Shown: positions 19,183 to 29,548, numbered from the stretch's first letter. The stretch is 64,000 nt of DNA from Parcubacteria group bacterium (GCA_012514175.1 JAAZAU010000012.1:3479-67478), one strand, 5' to 3'. Made by a program: numbers and translations. Notes: generated from the sequence alone by a model not told the origin.

Positions 19183-20325
19183 TTAACGAATAATCGCTAG
19201 AAATGTTTTCTCGGTTTCTTCTTCAAGTTTTTTGTGCAAAACATCTACTTCTGTATTAAGTAAAGTTCTCTCCAAAGAACGGTAAACTATACGAAAAGTA
19301 TAGCTAATCTTACCTTCACCGAATTTTTCAACATTTTCAAATTTATCAATTAATTTGACTTCTTCAATAATATTTTCGCCTACAGTTTCGCGTATTAAGT
19401 CAAAATAATTATTAGGCACAAAAACGTTGTCTACTATGAAAGAAATGTCACGGACGATTGGTGGATACTTACTAACTTCTTTGTATTTATTTCCTAATTT
19501 GAGTTGTTTTTTCACTCTTTCATCTTCTGACCAAAGCAAACGAATATCAGGAAGTTCCATACCAATAATAGCCAGTCTTTCCAAACCAAAACCGAAAGCC
19601 CAACCGGTATAATTTTGAGAATCCACACCTAATTTGTCTAAAACACTCGGAAATACGACACCACAACCTAAAACCTCTATCCATTCTCCTCCCACTTCAA
19701 TCTCCATTTCTAAACTTGGATTAGTGTAAGGAAAAGTATCTGGATTAAAACGATATTTAATATCTTTACCAAAAATTGATTGCACAATTTCAATCAGGAT
19801 TTCCTCTAAATGTTTTATATTTATAACACCTTTTTCTTTTGGAATAATATACCAACCATCAATCTGATGAAAAACATTCATATGGTTGCGATCAATCTCA
19901 TCTTTGCGATAAACTTTGCCGTAAGAAAGCACACCGATAGCCTCATTATTTTTAACCTTTTCTTTGCCAAAATCAGAAGTCAAATAATAATACCAAGAGA
20001 CTGTAGTTTGGGTGCGTAAAACATTTTTCTCATCTACGAAGTAGGTATCTGATTTACTTCTAGCAGGATGATCTGGTGGGTAATTAAAAAGATCAAAATT
20101 CACATCATAAGGCACGACTTCTGGAATTTTTATATCGTCAAAACCTTCAAGACCTTTTACAGCCTTAACTCTGTCTATAAGTTCTTTGATTGGACTACCT
20201 TCTGTGCGAGATAAATCGGGCATAGCCAAATAACGCCTCATACGCACCGCATCAGTATCTTGTCTTTCACTCAAACCCTTAAGCAATCTTTTTTCTTCTT
20301 CTGTTGAAATTGTGTAATTTTTCAC
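19183..20325 (-). CDS. pheS: Single-chain (organellar-type) phenylalanyl-tRNA synthetase: alpha catalytic core plus ferredoxin-fold anticodon-binding domain
   Basis: HPARSKSDTYF, VYRKDEID..H..VFHQ, FPYTNPS, WIEVLGCG, WAFGFGLERL, then SKYPPIVRDISF...FRIVYRSLERTL. Confidence 0.92.
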   Translation of the reverse strand: MKNYTISTEEEKRLLKGLSERQDTDAVRMRRYLAMPDLSRTEGSPIKELIDRVKAVKGLEGFDDIKIPEVVPYDVNFDLFNYPPDHPARSKSDTYFVDEKNVLRTQTTVSWYYYLTSDFGKEKVKNNEAIGVLSYGKVYRKDEIDRNHMNVFHQIDGWYIIPKEKGVINIKHLEEILIEIVQSIFGKDIKYRFNPDTFPYTNPSLEMEIEVGGEWIEVLGCGVVFPSVLDKLGVDSQNYTGWAFGFGLERLAIIGMELPDIRLLWSEDERVKKQLKLGNKYKEVSKYPPIVRDISFIVDNVFVPNNYFDLIRETVGENIIEEVKLIDKFENVEKFGEGKISYTFRIVYRSLERTLLNTEVDVLHKKLEEETEKTFLAIIR

Positions 20326-20370
20326 CAATTTATATTAGCAAAAAAAAGAAAAATTTGCTATAATGAGGTA

Positions 20371-22428
20371 ATGACAAAGGAAGAAAAGAAGAAGAAAAGC
20401 AATTATAGCGCTGAATCTATCACTGTTTTGGAAGGGTTAGAGCCAGTCCGCCGAAGACCAGGAATGTATATCGGCACCACAGGACCAGATGGCTTACATC
20501 ACCTTATTACCGAAATTTTTGATAACTCCAGAGACGAAGCTATGGGTGGTTTTGCTAACGATATTGAAATAGCTTTTTTACCCGGAAATCGTGTAAGAAT
20601 CGTAGATAATGGCCGAGGTATTCCTGTTGATGTTCATAAGCAAACCAAAGTCTCTGTTTTGGAAACGATCTTAACCACTCTACACGCAGGTGGTAAATTT
20701 GGCGGTGATAGCTATAAAGTCTCAGGCGGTTTGCATGGCGTTGGTGCTTCAGTGGTGAACGCACTTTCTATTTTTATGCGCGCCGAAATTCATAAAGATG
20801 GCGGTATTTATGTTCAAGAATATAGTAAGGGTAAAAGAAAATCACCGGTAAAAAAGATTGGTTCAACTAAATTAAGTGGTTCTATTATCACCTTTGAACC
20901 AGACGCCGAAATTTTCAAAGAAGGCACTGACTTTGATTTTAATAGAGTGGTTCAACATATGCGCCAACAAGCCTATTTAGTCAAAGGTCTTAAAATCTCT
21001 ATTATTGATTTGCGTAATTCTAAAAATAAAGTTAAAGATACTGAAACCTTTTATATAAGAGATTTAGGATTGGAAGCACCCGCTATGTCTTTTTATTTTG
21101 ATGGTGGTTTGATCTCACTTATTAGATTTTATAATCAAACTCAAAAACCTATTCACAAGAATATTTTTTATGTAGAGAAGATGAATGAAAATTTTGAGGG
21201 TGTAGAAGTAGCTTTACAATACGTAGACGATATTTCAGCTAGAATAATGCCTTTTGCTAACAATATTTATAACAACGAGGGTGGTACTCATATCACTGGT
21301 TTTAAAACAGCTCTCACTAGAACCTTAAACAATTACGCTAAAAAGAACAATATCACCAAAAACGGCGACGATAGCTTTACCGGTGATGATGTTTTGGAAG
21401 GATTAACGGCTGTTGTTTCTGTTAAACTTCGGGAAATTCAATTTGAAGGTCAGACTAAAGCAAAATTAGGATCAGTAGAAGCCAGAGGAATGACCGAGAG
21501 TATTTTTGGTGAAGCTTTTGATATGTTCCTTGAAGAAAATCCAGATGATGCTAAAGCGATAATCAACAAAGTCATCTTGGCTCTTCGGGCTCGTAAAGCT
21601 GCTAAAGCCGCTAAAGACTCTATTCTTAGAAAAGGGGCTTTGGAAGGTATGACTTTACCGGGTAAATTAGCCGACTGTCAAAGTAGTTCAGCTGAAGAAT
21701 CAGAAATATTTATCGTAGAGGGAGACAGTGCTGGTGGCACCGCTAAAACCGGACGTGACAGAAGAATTCAAGCCATTTTACCACTTAGAGGCAAAATCTT
21801 GAATGTTGAAAGAGCTAGACTTGATAGAATGCTCGCTTCTGAACAAATAAAAAATATGGTGGTGGCTTTTGGTACTGCTATCGGGGACACTTTTGATATT
21901 AGCAAACTTCGTTATCATAAGATTATTATTGCTACCGATGCCGATGTTGATGGTGCTCATATTCGCACACTGATTTTAACCTTACTTTATAGATATTTCA
22001 GACCACTTATTGACGGAGGTTTTGTATACATCGCTCAACCACCTCTTTATAAAATAAAAAAAGGGAAGGAAGTTTTTTACGCTTATAGCGACGAAGAAAA
22101 AGCTAAAATAATTGGTGAGGATGTTGAGGCTGAAATACAAGAAGTTGAATCGGTTGAAGAAGAAACATCTGAAGAAGAAGAAGAAGAGCAAACAAACAAA
22201 AAGAAAAGTAGTAAGATTTCTGTTCAACGTTACAAAGGTCTTGGAGAAATGAACGCTGAAGAACTTTGGGAAACTACTATGGATCCCAAAAAACGCATCT
22301 TAAAGAAAGTTACCATAGAAGACGCTCAGGGGGCTGATCATGTTTTTGATATCCTTATGGGCACCGATGTTCCTGCTCGCAAATCTTTCATCCAGTCTAA
22401 CGCCAAACTGGCAACTATTGATATTTAA
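20371..22428 (+). CDS. gyrB: DNA gyrase subunit B
   Basis: LEGLEPVRRRPGMYIG, LHAGGKF, SGGLHGVG, EGDSAGG, PLRGK, TDADVDG, RYKGLGEM. Confidence 0.95.
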   Translation: MTKEEKKKKSNYSAESITVLEGLEPVRRRPGMYIGTTGPDGLHHLITEIFDNSRDEAMGGFANDIEIAFLPGNRVRIVDNGRGIPVDVHKQTKVSVLETILTTLHAGGKFGGDSYKVSGGLHGVGASVVNALSIFMRAEIHKDGGIYVQEYSKGKRKSPVKKIGSTKLSGSIITFEPDAEIFKEGTDFDFNRVVQHMRQQAYLVKGLKISIIDLRNSKNKVKDTETFYIRDLGLEAPAMSFYFDGGLISLIRFYNQTQKPIHKNIFYVEKMNENFEGVEVALQYVDDISARIMPFANNIYNNEGGTHITGFKTALTRTLNNYAKKNNITKNGDDSFTGDDVLEGLTAVVSVKLREIQFEGQTKAKLGSVEARGMTESIFGEAFDMFLEENPDDAKAIINKVILALRARKAAKAAKDSILRKGALEGMTLPGKLADCQSSSAEESEIFIVEGDSAGGTAKTGRDRRIQAILPLRGKILNVERARLDRMLASEQIKNMVVAFGTAIGDTFDISKLRYHKIIIATDADVDGAHIRTLILTLLYRYFRPLIDGGFVYIAQPPLYKIKKGKEVFYAYSDEEKAKIIGEDVEAEIQEVESVEEETSEEEEEEQTNKKKSSKISVQRYKGLGEMNAEELWETTMDPKKRILKKVTIEDAQGADHVFDILMGTDVPARKSFIQSNAKLATIDI

Positions 22429-22430
22429 AT

Positions 22431-22455
22431 AAAAAAAGCGCTGAGCGCTTTTTTA
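22431..22455. terminator. Bidirectional terminator between gyrB and thrS
   Basis: aaaaaaagcgct-g-agcgcttttt. Confidence 0.65.
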
Positions 22456-24237
22456 TGTCTTGTCTTGAATTTGTGTTTTGAGAAGTTCTAAAAGCTGTTC
22501 AAAGTAGAGAGCTTCGGTCTTTTGACCCTCGCGAGATTCAAGAGTAAATTCTTTTGATTCAACTTCTTTGTCACCAATAACTACCCAATAAGGGATTTTT
22601 GAGACTTTAACAGCGCGAACTTTTTTGCCTAAGTTTTCATCTTCCAAATCAATTTCCGCTCTTATATTATTTTGTTTAAGCATTTCATAAACCTCCTTCG
22701 CATAAACGTTATGTGATTCGCGCACAGGAATCACCTTGATTTGCACCGGTGAAAGCCAAAGAGGGAAAGCGCCCGCATAATGTTCAATAAGTAAACCAAT
22801 GAATCTTTCAAACGAACCAAAGAGCGCCCGATGAAGGACATAAGGTCTCTCTTCTTTACCTTCATTGTTAGTGAAAACCATATCAAATCTTTCTGGTAAA
22901 TTAAAATCAAATTGAAGTGTTGAACATTGCCACTCGCGACCAAGCACATCATTAATTTTAAAATCTAATTTTGGTCCATAAAAAGCAGCTTCACCAAGTT
23001 CTTCTATAAAATCTAGCTTTTTTTCTTTAGCTACCTTACGCAAAATTCCTTCAGTAAAATCCCAACCAGAATCACTGCCGGCATATTTATCTTTATTTTT
23101 AGGGTCTCTAAGTGACAAATAAACCTTAACTTTTTCAAGATCAAAACCAAATGATTTATAAATAAACAAAATAAAATCAATAACTTTTTTAAGTTCGTCT
23201 TCAACTTGATTTTCACGACATATAATATGTGCATCATCTTGAGTAAAACCTCGCACTCTAGTCAAACCTGAAAGCTCACCCTTCTTTTCAAAACGATAAA
23301 CAGTTCCACATTCAGCCCAGCGCAGAGGTAAATCTCGGTAAGATTTTGGGCTACTTTTGTAAATTTCAACATGAAAAGGACAATTCATCGGTTTTAAAAG
23401 ATATTCTTCAGAAGTTTCAGTTTTTTTATTTTGTTGTTTTTCTTCAAGAGACTGACCAATTTCCATTGGTGGATACATTGATTCGTTATAAAAACCCCAG
23501 TGACCCGAAGTTTCCCAAAGAGTTCTGTTGCCAATGTGGGGAGTTTTCACTAACTCATAACCATTTTTTAAATGTTCCTCATACCAAAAGTCTTCAATAA
23601 TTCTCCAGAGTAGAGCACCTTTAGGATGCCAAAGAGGAAGACCTAAACCAACCATATCGTCTATATGAAAAAGATTGAGCTCTTTGCCGAGTTTTCTGTG
23701 GTCTCTTTTTTTGGCCTCTTCTTGATTGTGTAGATATTCTTCAAGTTCTTCTTGAGTCTCAAAAGCCAAACCGTAAATGCGAGTGAGCATTTTATTTTTT
23801 TCGTCTCCACGCCAATAAGCTCCTGCCACTCTATCTAATTTCCAAGAACCACTTTTTATGTTTTTTACATTATCAATATGTCCACCAGCACAAAGATCGG
23901 TAAAATTACCTGCCGTGTAAAAATTAATTTTTTCTCCCGCCTTTTCTAATTCTTCAATAAGTTCAAGTTTGTATTCGTTGTCTTTAAAAAATTCTTTAGC
24001 TTCTTTGGCACTAACTTCTTTGTCTTCAAATTTGTCCCAAGTTTTCAAAACTTCCCGCATCTTGTTTTCAATTTTCTCTAAATCATTTTCAGAAATAGGC
24101 AAAGGTAAATCAAAATCGTAATAAAAACCGTTTGGGATAACCGGCCCAATAGTTGGTTTGGCATCCGGAAAAATTTCTAAAACCGCAGCCGCGAGCAAAT
24201 GTGCTAATGAGTGGCGTTTTTTATCTATATTTTCCAT
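22453..24237 (-). CDS. thrS: Threonyl-tRNA synthetase (lacks the N-terminal TGS domain)
   Basis: RHSLAH, AGAYWRGD, RDHRKLG, KPMNCP, RVRGFTQDDAH, AAFYGPK. Confidence 0.97.
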   Translation of the reverse strand: MENIDKKRHSLAHLLAAAVLEIFPDAKPTIGPVIPNGFYYDFDLPLPISENDLEKIENKMREVLKTWDKFEDKEVSAKEAKEFFKDNEYKLELIEELEKAGEKINFYTAGNFTDLCAGGHIDNVKNIKSGSWKLDRVAGAYWRGDEKNKMLTRIYGLAFETQEELEEYLHNQEEAKKRDHRKLGKELNLFHIDDMVGLGLPLWHPKGALLWRIIEDFWYEEHLKNGYELVKTPHIGNRTLWETSGHWGFYNESMYPPMEIGQSLEEKQQNKKTETSEEYLLKPMNCPFHVEIYKSSPKSYRDLPLRWAECGTVYRFEKKGELSGLTRVRGFTQDDAHIICRENQVEDELKKVIDFILFIYKSFGFDLEKVKVYLSLRDPKNKDKYAGSDSGWDFTEGILRKVAKEKKLDFIEELGEAAFYGPKLDFKINDVLGREWQCSTLQFDFNLPERFDMVFTNNEGKEERPYVLHRALFGSFERFIGLLIEHYAGAFPLWLSPVQIKVIPVRESHNVYAKEVYEMLKQNNIRAEIDLEDENLGKKVRAVKVSKIPYWVVIGDKEVESKEFTLESREGQKTEALYFEQLLELLKTQIQDKT

Positions 24238-24246
24238 AGATTTATA

Positions 24247-27200
24247 TTACAGCTTCTTAGCTTTTTCGGCAATGAGAGACTTCTCGCCGTTACGCAAAGA
24301 AACTTTAGCTTTAACAACCACACACTGATCTTCAACAAATATTTCTGAAAATTCCTTAAAAATTCTAGGAAAAACCACCACCTCAACACTGTCAGTTAAA
24401 TCTGTAAACTTTATAAACAACATTCTTTCTCCGTTTTTAGTTAAAATTTCACGCACACTTTCTATCAGACCTCCGATTACCACAATTTCACCCTCTTTAG
24501 AATTTTCTTTTATTTTTAATACAGTTGTTTTTTGATTTTGCAGTTTTTCTTTAAATTGCTCTAAAGGATGACCAGAAACAAAAAGGCCGAGGAGCTCCTT
24601 CTCCCAAGCTAATTTTTCTGCGGTAGTAACCGAACCAGACTCCGGCAAATGTAACATTGAGTAATGTTCTCCAGAATCAAAAAGTCCAAAAAGAGAATTT
24701 TGGTCTGAATTAGCCGAAGCCTCTTTATTGTATTCAAGCAAAATATCTAAATTTGCAAGCAATTGACCTCTGTCACCAAAAGTATCCATAGCACCACTTT
24801 TTATTAAAGCCTCAAGAGATTTTTTATTTAGATTTCTATCTTGAATACGAGTCAAAAAATCTTCCAAAGATTTAAACTTACCATTATTTTTTCTTTCTGT
24901 AGTAATAATGTGAGAAATATTTTCACCAAAATTTTTGATAGTAGTGAGTCCAAATCTAATAGTCTCACCAGTTTTTTCAAGCTCTTCTTTACTTTTTTTA
25001 ATAAGAGTAAAATCTGAAAAACTTTCGTTAATATCTGGAGGTAGTATTTCAATACCCATTCTTTTACATTCGTTAATAGAAACAGCTACCTTTTCAGTGT
25101 CGCCAGATTCAGCCGAAAGCACCGCTCGCATATACTCACCAGGAAAGTTAGCTTTGAGGTAAGCGGTTTGGTAAGCCACAAGACCATAAGAAACTGAGTG
25201 AGCTTTATTGAAACCATAAGAAGCAAAAGGTTCAATCCACTTCCAAACTTGTTTAGCTTTTTTTTCGCTCCATTTGGAATGTTTGATACATCCGTCTATA
25301 AATTTTTCTCTCTGTCTCTCCATCTCTTCAGGAATTTTTTTACCAACCGCTTTTCGGAATTTGTCTACTTCACCCCAAGTATAACCAGCTAACTGGTTCG
25401 CCATCATCAAAAGGTCATCTTGATAAACCAAAATACCGTGAGTTTTTTTCAAAATCGGTTCTAGTGCTGGATCAAGATAAGTGATTTTAGAAGGGTTATG
25501 TTTACGTTCAATATAATCTGGAATAAATTGCATCGGACCCGGACGATAAAGGGCGACCATGGCGTTAATGTCATGAATAGTTGTTGGTTTAAGTTCAACG
25601 AGAAATCTAGTCATCCCATCACCATTAAGTTGAAAGAGATCTTCAGTCTCACCGCGAGCCAACATTGCAAAAGTTTTTTTGTCATCAATTGGTATTTGAC
25701 TTAAATCAATATCAATATCTTTAGTTTTTTTAACCAATTCAATGGTGGCGGCAATAATAGAAAGATTTTTAAGACCCAAAAAATCAAATTTTAGAAGTCC
25801 GGCGCCATTTTCATCAACGCTATACATATCATATTGAGTAATAATTTTGCCTTCACCTTTGGGATCAAATTGTAAAGCTGTAAAATCAGTCAAATCAGTA
25901 GGGGAGATGACAACACCCGCAGCGTGCACACCGATATGTCTGGCACAACCTTCAATTTTTTTGGCCATATCAATAATTTTTTTGGTGTCAGCGTCTTGTT
26001 TGTAAAGCTCTAAAAGTTCTGGCACTTCATTTAGAGCTCTATCTATAGTCATAGGAAACCCTTGAGCGCCCATAGGTATTAATTTTGATATTCTATCGCC
26101 AACCGAATAAGCAAAACCTAAAGCTCGCGCGGTATCACGCACACTACCACGAGCCATCATAGTGCCGAAAGTTCCTATTTGAGCGACTTTATTTTCTCCG
26201 TATTTTTGTTTAGCATACGCCACCATTTCATCACGTCTATTATCAGCAAAATCCATATCAATATCAGGAGCCGAAGGACGATCCGGGTTTAAAAATCTTT
26301 CAAACGGAATTTCGTATTCAATAGGATTAATATTCGTAATACGAGTCACATAAGTGGTAAGCGATCCTGAAACCGAACCTCTAATGTTAGTTAAAATCCC
26401 ATTTTCACGAGCATGCCTTAACAGATCGGCTACCACCAAAAAATAAGGGGAATATCCTTTCTTTTTTATAACCTCAAGCTCATATTCTAAACGATCTATA
26501 ATTTCTTGCGTCTTTGGTAACCCACGTATATCCAAACCTTTATAAGCCAAATCACGTAATTCATCATCAGCACTTTTACCAGATTCTATTTTGATTTCCG
26601 GAAAAGACCACTTACCAAGTTCTATTTCTAAATTACATAAACTACTAATTTTTTGGTTATTAAAAAGCGCTTCCGGCATATCTTTAAATCTTTCTTTGAT
26701 TTCCTCTATTGAAAGAAAAGACATATTTTCTTCTTCATTGCCCCAAGCGCTTCGTTCTCCACCCCCAACAGGAGCGCCTTGTTGAACTGCCATAAGTGTA
26801 TCTCTAGCTTCTTTATCTTCAGGATTAATATAATAAACATCATGACAAGCCACTGCGCCCACCCCATTTTCTTTAGCAAAATTATACAACTCTTGCATAT
26901 GTTCATTATGTCCGGCGAGTTCCGGATGCATTGTAATTTCTATATAAAAATCTTCACTTTCATTATTAAAAAATATTTTTTTGTATTTCTCTATCAAGGT
27001 TTTTGCTAATTCAAAGTTTCTGTTCCGAAGTGCTGTGGAAACATCACCACTCCAAGAAGAAGATATGCAAATGAGACCTTCTTTATATTTTTCTAGAAGT
27101 TCAAAATCAACACGAGGTTTGTAATAAAAACCCTCCAAGTATGACGCGGTTACCAATTTCAAAAGATTTTTGTAACCTTTTTCATTTTTACAAAGCAAGA

Positions 27201-27465
27201 TTAGCCTGAATCTGTCTTTGTCTATCCCAGCTTGTTTATCAAAACGAGTGCGACTTGCTAAGTATGCATCAACCCCAACAATAGGTTTCAATCCCTGTTT
27301 TTGACACTCTTTATAAAACTCAATAGCACCGTAAAGATTGCCATTATCAGTAAGCGCCAACGCTTCCATACCTTCTTTTTTGGCTGCTTCCACTAATTCT
27401 GGAAGCTTGGGAAGAGCCTGTAATAAAGAATAATGAGAATGAGTATGGAGATGGGTGAATTTCAT
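24247..27465 (-). CDS. dnaE: DNA polymerase III alpha subunit
   Basis: PHP HLHTHSHYS, RGSVSGS, PDIDMDF, KFDFLGL, YGFNKAHS, C-terminal OB fold. Confidence 0.97.
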   Translation of the reverse strand: MKFTHLHTHSHYSLLQALPKLPELVEAAKKEGMEALALTDNGNLYGAIEFYKECQKQGLKPIVGVDAYLASRTRFDKQAGIDKDRFRLILLCKNEKGYKNLLKLVTASYLEGFYYKPRVDFELLEKYKEGLICISSSWSGDVSTALRNRNFELAKTLIEKYKKIFFNNESEDFYIEITMHPELAGHNEHMQELYNFAKENGVGAVACHDVYYINPEDKEARDTLMAVQQGAPVGGGERSAWGNEEENMSFLSIEEIKERFKDMPEALFNNQKISSLCNLEIELGKWSFPEIKIESGKSADDELRDLAYKGLDIRGLPKTQEIIDRLEYELEVIKKKGYSPYFLVVADLLRHARENGILTNIRGSVSGSLTTYVTRITNINPIEYEIPFERFLNPDRPSAPDIDMDFADNRRDEMVAYAKQKYGENKVAQIGTFGTMMARGSVRDTARALGFAYSVGDRISKLIPMGAQGFPMTIDRALNEVPELLELYKQDADTKKIIDMAKKIEGCARHIGVHAAGVVISPTDLTDFTALQFDPKGEGKIITQYDMYSVDENGAGLLKFDFLGLKNLSIIAATIELVKKTKDIDIDLSQIPIDDKKTFAMLARGETEDLFQLNGDGMTRFLVELKPTTIHDINAMVALYRPGPMQFIPDYIERKHNPSKITYLDPALEPILKKTHGILVYQDDLLMMANQLAGYTWGEVDKFRKAVGKKIPEEMERQREKFIDGCIKHSKWSEKKAKQVWKWIEPFASYGFNKAHSVSYGLVAYQTAYLKANFPGEYMRAVLSAESGDTEKVAVSINECKRMGIEILPPDINESFSDFTLIKKSKEELEKTGETIRFGLTTIKNFGENISHIITTERKNNGKFKSLEDFLTRIQDRNLNKKSLEALIKSGAMDTFGDRGQLLANLDILLEYNKEASANSDQNSLFGLFDSGEHYSMLHLPESGSVTTAEKLAWEKELLGLFVSGHPLEQFKEKLQNQKTTVLKIKENSKEGEIVVIGGLIESVREILTKNGERMLFIKFTDLTDSVEVVVFPRIFKEFSEIFVEDQCVVVKAKVSLRNGEKSLIAEKAKKL

Positions 27466-27564
27466 ATTTAAATATTAGCAGAAAAACAACCTACTCCCAA
27501 ACTTCTTTTTTTACCTCAAAAAAACAAAACTCTGTCAATAAGTTAAATAATGTATAATGTTTTT

Positions 27565-28224
27565 ATGCAACTAATTATTGGGGTAGACGAAGCGGGCAGA
27601 GGACCACTAGCAGGACCAGTGAGTGTTGGCGTATTTGGAGCAGAAAAACAAATGGAAAAATGGCTACTTAAAAATATTTTTAATAACAAATTGCAAGATT
27701 CAAAAAAATTATCTTCAACAAAAAGGGAAGAGATCTACAAAAAATTTTGTGAACTAAAAAAATCAGGAAAGATTCACTTCTGCGTTTCGCATATTTCTAA
27801 TAAAATAATTGATGAAAAAGGAATTTCTTTTGCCATAAAATTAGGGCTTAAAAAATCTTTAAACCGCATAGCAATGAGATATTGCGCAAGCACAACTGAC
27901 GCAAAAATTTCACATATTTCAGAGTTATCGGTGAAAGAGATTTTTTTGCGACTAGATGGCTTACTGAAAGCGCCCGAAAAATTTAAGAATCAAAAAACCA
28001 TAATAAAAGGTGACGAAAAAGATGTTTTCATTGCTTGCGCTTCCATAATCGCCAAAGTTGAAAGAGACCGTTTAATGTGTCGTCTGGGCTCAAAATATCC
28101 CCTCTATGAACTTCAAATTCATAAAGGGTATGGAACAGCGCTTCACCGCAAACACCTCCAAAAACACGGTCTGTCTCCTTTACACCGAAAATCATTTTGT
28201 AAAAATTATTTGCCTTATTTTTAG
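27565..28224 (+). CDS. rnhB: Ribonuclease HII
   Basis: GVDEAGRGPLAGPV, DSKKL, IKGD, ASIIAKVERD, HKGYGT. Confidence 0.95.
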   Translation: MQLIIGVDEAGRGPLAGPVSVGVFGAEKQMEKWLLKNIFNNKLQDSKKLSSTKREEIYKKFCELKKSGKIHFCVSHISNKIIDEKGISFAIKLGLKKSLNRIAMRYCASTTDAKISHISELSVKEIFLRLDGLLKAPEKFKNQKTIIKGDEKDVFIACASIIAKVERDRLMCRLGSKYPLYELQIHKGYGTALHRKHLQKHGLSPLHRKSFCKNYLPYF

Positions 28225-28245
28225 AAATATATTAGTATGTAGCGC

Positions 28246-28476
28246 ATGGTAGTGCGAATGAGACATAACCGAGGTCAAACAGGCAGTAGAAGAAGTCATC
28301 ATGCTTTGAAGACGGCTGTTTTGTCATTGTGTAAAGATTGTGGTAGCCCTAAAAAACCTCATGACATTTGCACTGTTTGTGGTAAGTATAAAGGTAAGCA
28401 AATTGTTGACGTTCACACAAAAATTGCTAAGAAGAACGCGAAAGCTAAAGAAAAAGCCAAAAAAGCTGGAAAATAA
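28246..28476 (+). CDS. rpmF: 50S ribosomal protein L32
   Basis: SRRSHHAL, CKDCG..PH.CTVCGKYKG. Confidence 0.95.
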   Translation: MVVRMRHNRGQTGSRRSHHALKTAVLSLCKDCGSPKKPHDICTVCGKYKGKQIVDVHTKIAKKNAKAKEKAKKAGK

Positions 28477-28578
28477 TTAAAGATTAAAAAATATCTAGTT
28501 CACAGGCGCGTATTTTGCGCTTATTTTTTTATCTTGTTATACTGTATGAAGTTAATGGTTACTAACTACTAGCTTAAA

Positions 28579-29460
28579 ATGTCCAATAGGCACCTTGCAA
28601 GAACAGTCGTACTACAAACACTCTATGAGTGGGATTTCGGCAACAGCAAAGAAGACCCGAAAGAGATTTTAAAAAGAGATATTTCTGAATTTGCTCCGGG
28701 TATGGATAACAGACATTTTATGCACGATCTTTTGGAAGGAGTTATTTCAAAACAAAAAGACATAGACAATATTATCGTCTCAGCTGCTCCAGAATGGCCT
28801 TTGGACAAAATAAATGCAATAGATAGGAATATTTTAAGGCTTGGTTTGTTTGAGCTTCTTTTTGCTGACAGAGAACAGGTGCCACCCAAAGTAGCCATCA
28901 ACGAAGCAATAGAATTAGCAAAAAAATTTGGAGGCGAAACTAGCAGTAAATTTGTAAACGGAGTCTTGGGTGCTGTTTATAAAGAAATGGGTGAACCAGG
29001 TAAAGATCAGAAAAGCGCCTCTCAAAAACCAGCCACCCAGGAAGCTCATGTTGGAGCTGTGGTTTATGCAAAACATAAAGGTGAAATATACGTGGCCTTG
29101 GTTCATGATGTGTTTGGACACTGGACACTCACCAAGGGCAGGTTAAAAGATGGTTTAAGCGAAGAAGTTGGTATTGTAAATGAAGCCAAAGAAGAACTTG
29201 GTATAGATATAAAAGTTAAAGAAAAGCTCGGTGAAAATTCTTACGAAACTTTCCACCCAGAACGAGGCAAGATTAAAAAACACATCGTTTATTTTCTAGC
29301 TGAAGCCCCGTTTGAAGAATTAACCTTAGAAAACAAGAAAGAAAAAGGTGGTTTAGATGATGTAAAATGGTTTAAATTGAGTGAAATATTGAATTTAAAC
29401 TTCTATGATGATATTTTACCAATAGTCACAAAGGCGATAAATTTATTAGTAAAAAATTAA
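28579..29460 (+). CDS. nusB: Antitermination factor NusB fused to a C-terminal Nudix-fold domain
   Basis: RHLAR..LQ.LY, DRNILRLG, KVAINEAIELAKKFG, FVNGVLG; then GHWTLTKG...EAKEELGI. Confidence 0.9.
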   Translation: MSNRHLARTVVLQTLYEWDFGNSKEDPKEILKRDISEFAPGMDNRHFMHDLLEGVISKQKDIDNIIVSAAPEWPLDKINAIDRNILRLGLFELLFADREQVPPKVAINEAIELAKKFGGETSSKFVNGVLGAVYKEMGEPGKDQKSASQKPATQEAHVGAVVYAKHKGEIYVALVHDVFGHWTLTKGRLKDGLSEEVGIVNEAKEELGIDIKVKEKLGENSYETFHPERGKIKKHIVYFLAEAPFEELTLENKKEKGGLDDVKWFKLSEILNLNFYDDILPIVTKAINLLVKN

Positions 29461-29548
29461 CCTAATTAACCTAATTGCTCTAAATCTCAATTAAGATTGA
29501 ATTTATTTAGAATAATTAGGATACTTAGGTCAATTAAAAAAATTGACC

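Noticed and set aside
20365-20370. GAGGT before gyrB as a Shine-Dalgarno site
   Set aside because: It is only 1 nt from the ATG and lies between the -10 box and the predicted +1, so it would not be transcribed.
24247-27465. Inteins or introns in dnaE, gyrB, nrdJ or rpoBC
   Set aside because: Lengths are normal or short, and I saw no intein-like blocks or frame interruptions.
29455-29480. Tandem aattaacct repeats as a CRISPR or VNTR
   Set aside because: Only about two and a half 9-nt units with no spacers; they form one arm of a hairpin. I saw no CRISPR array or cas gene in the window.
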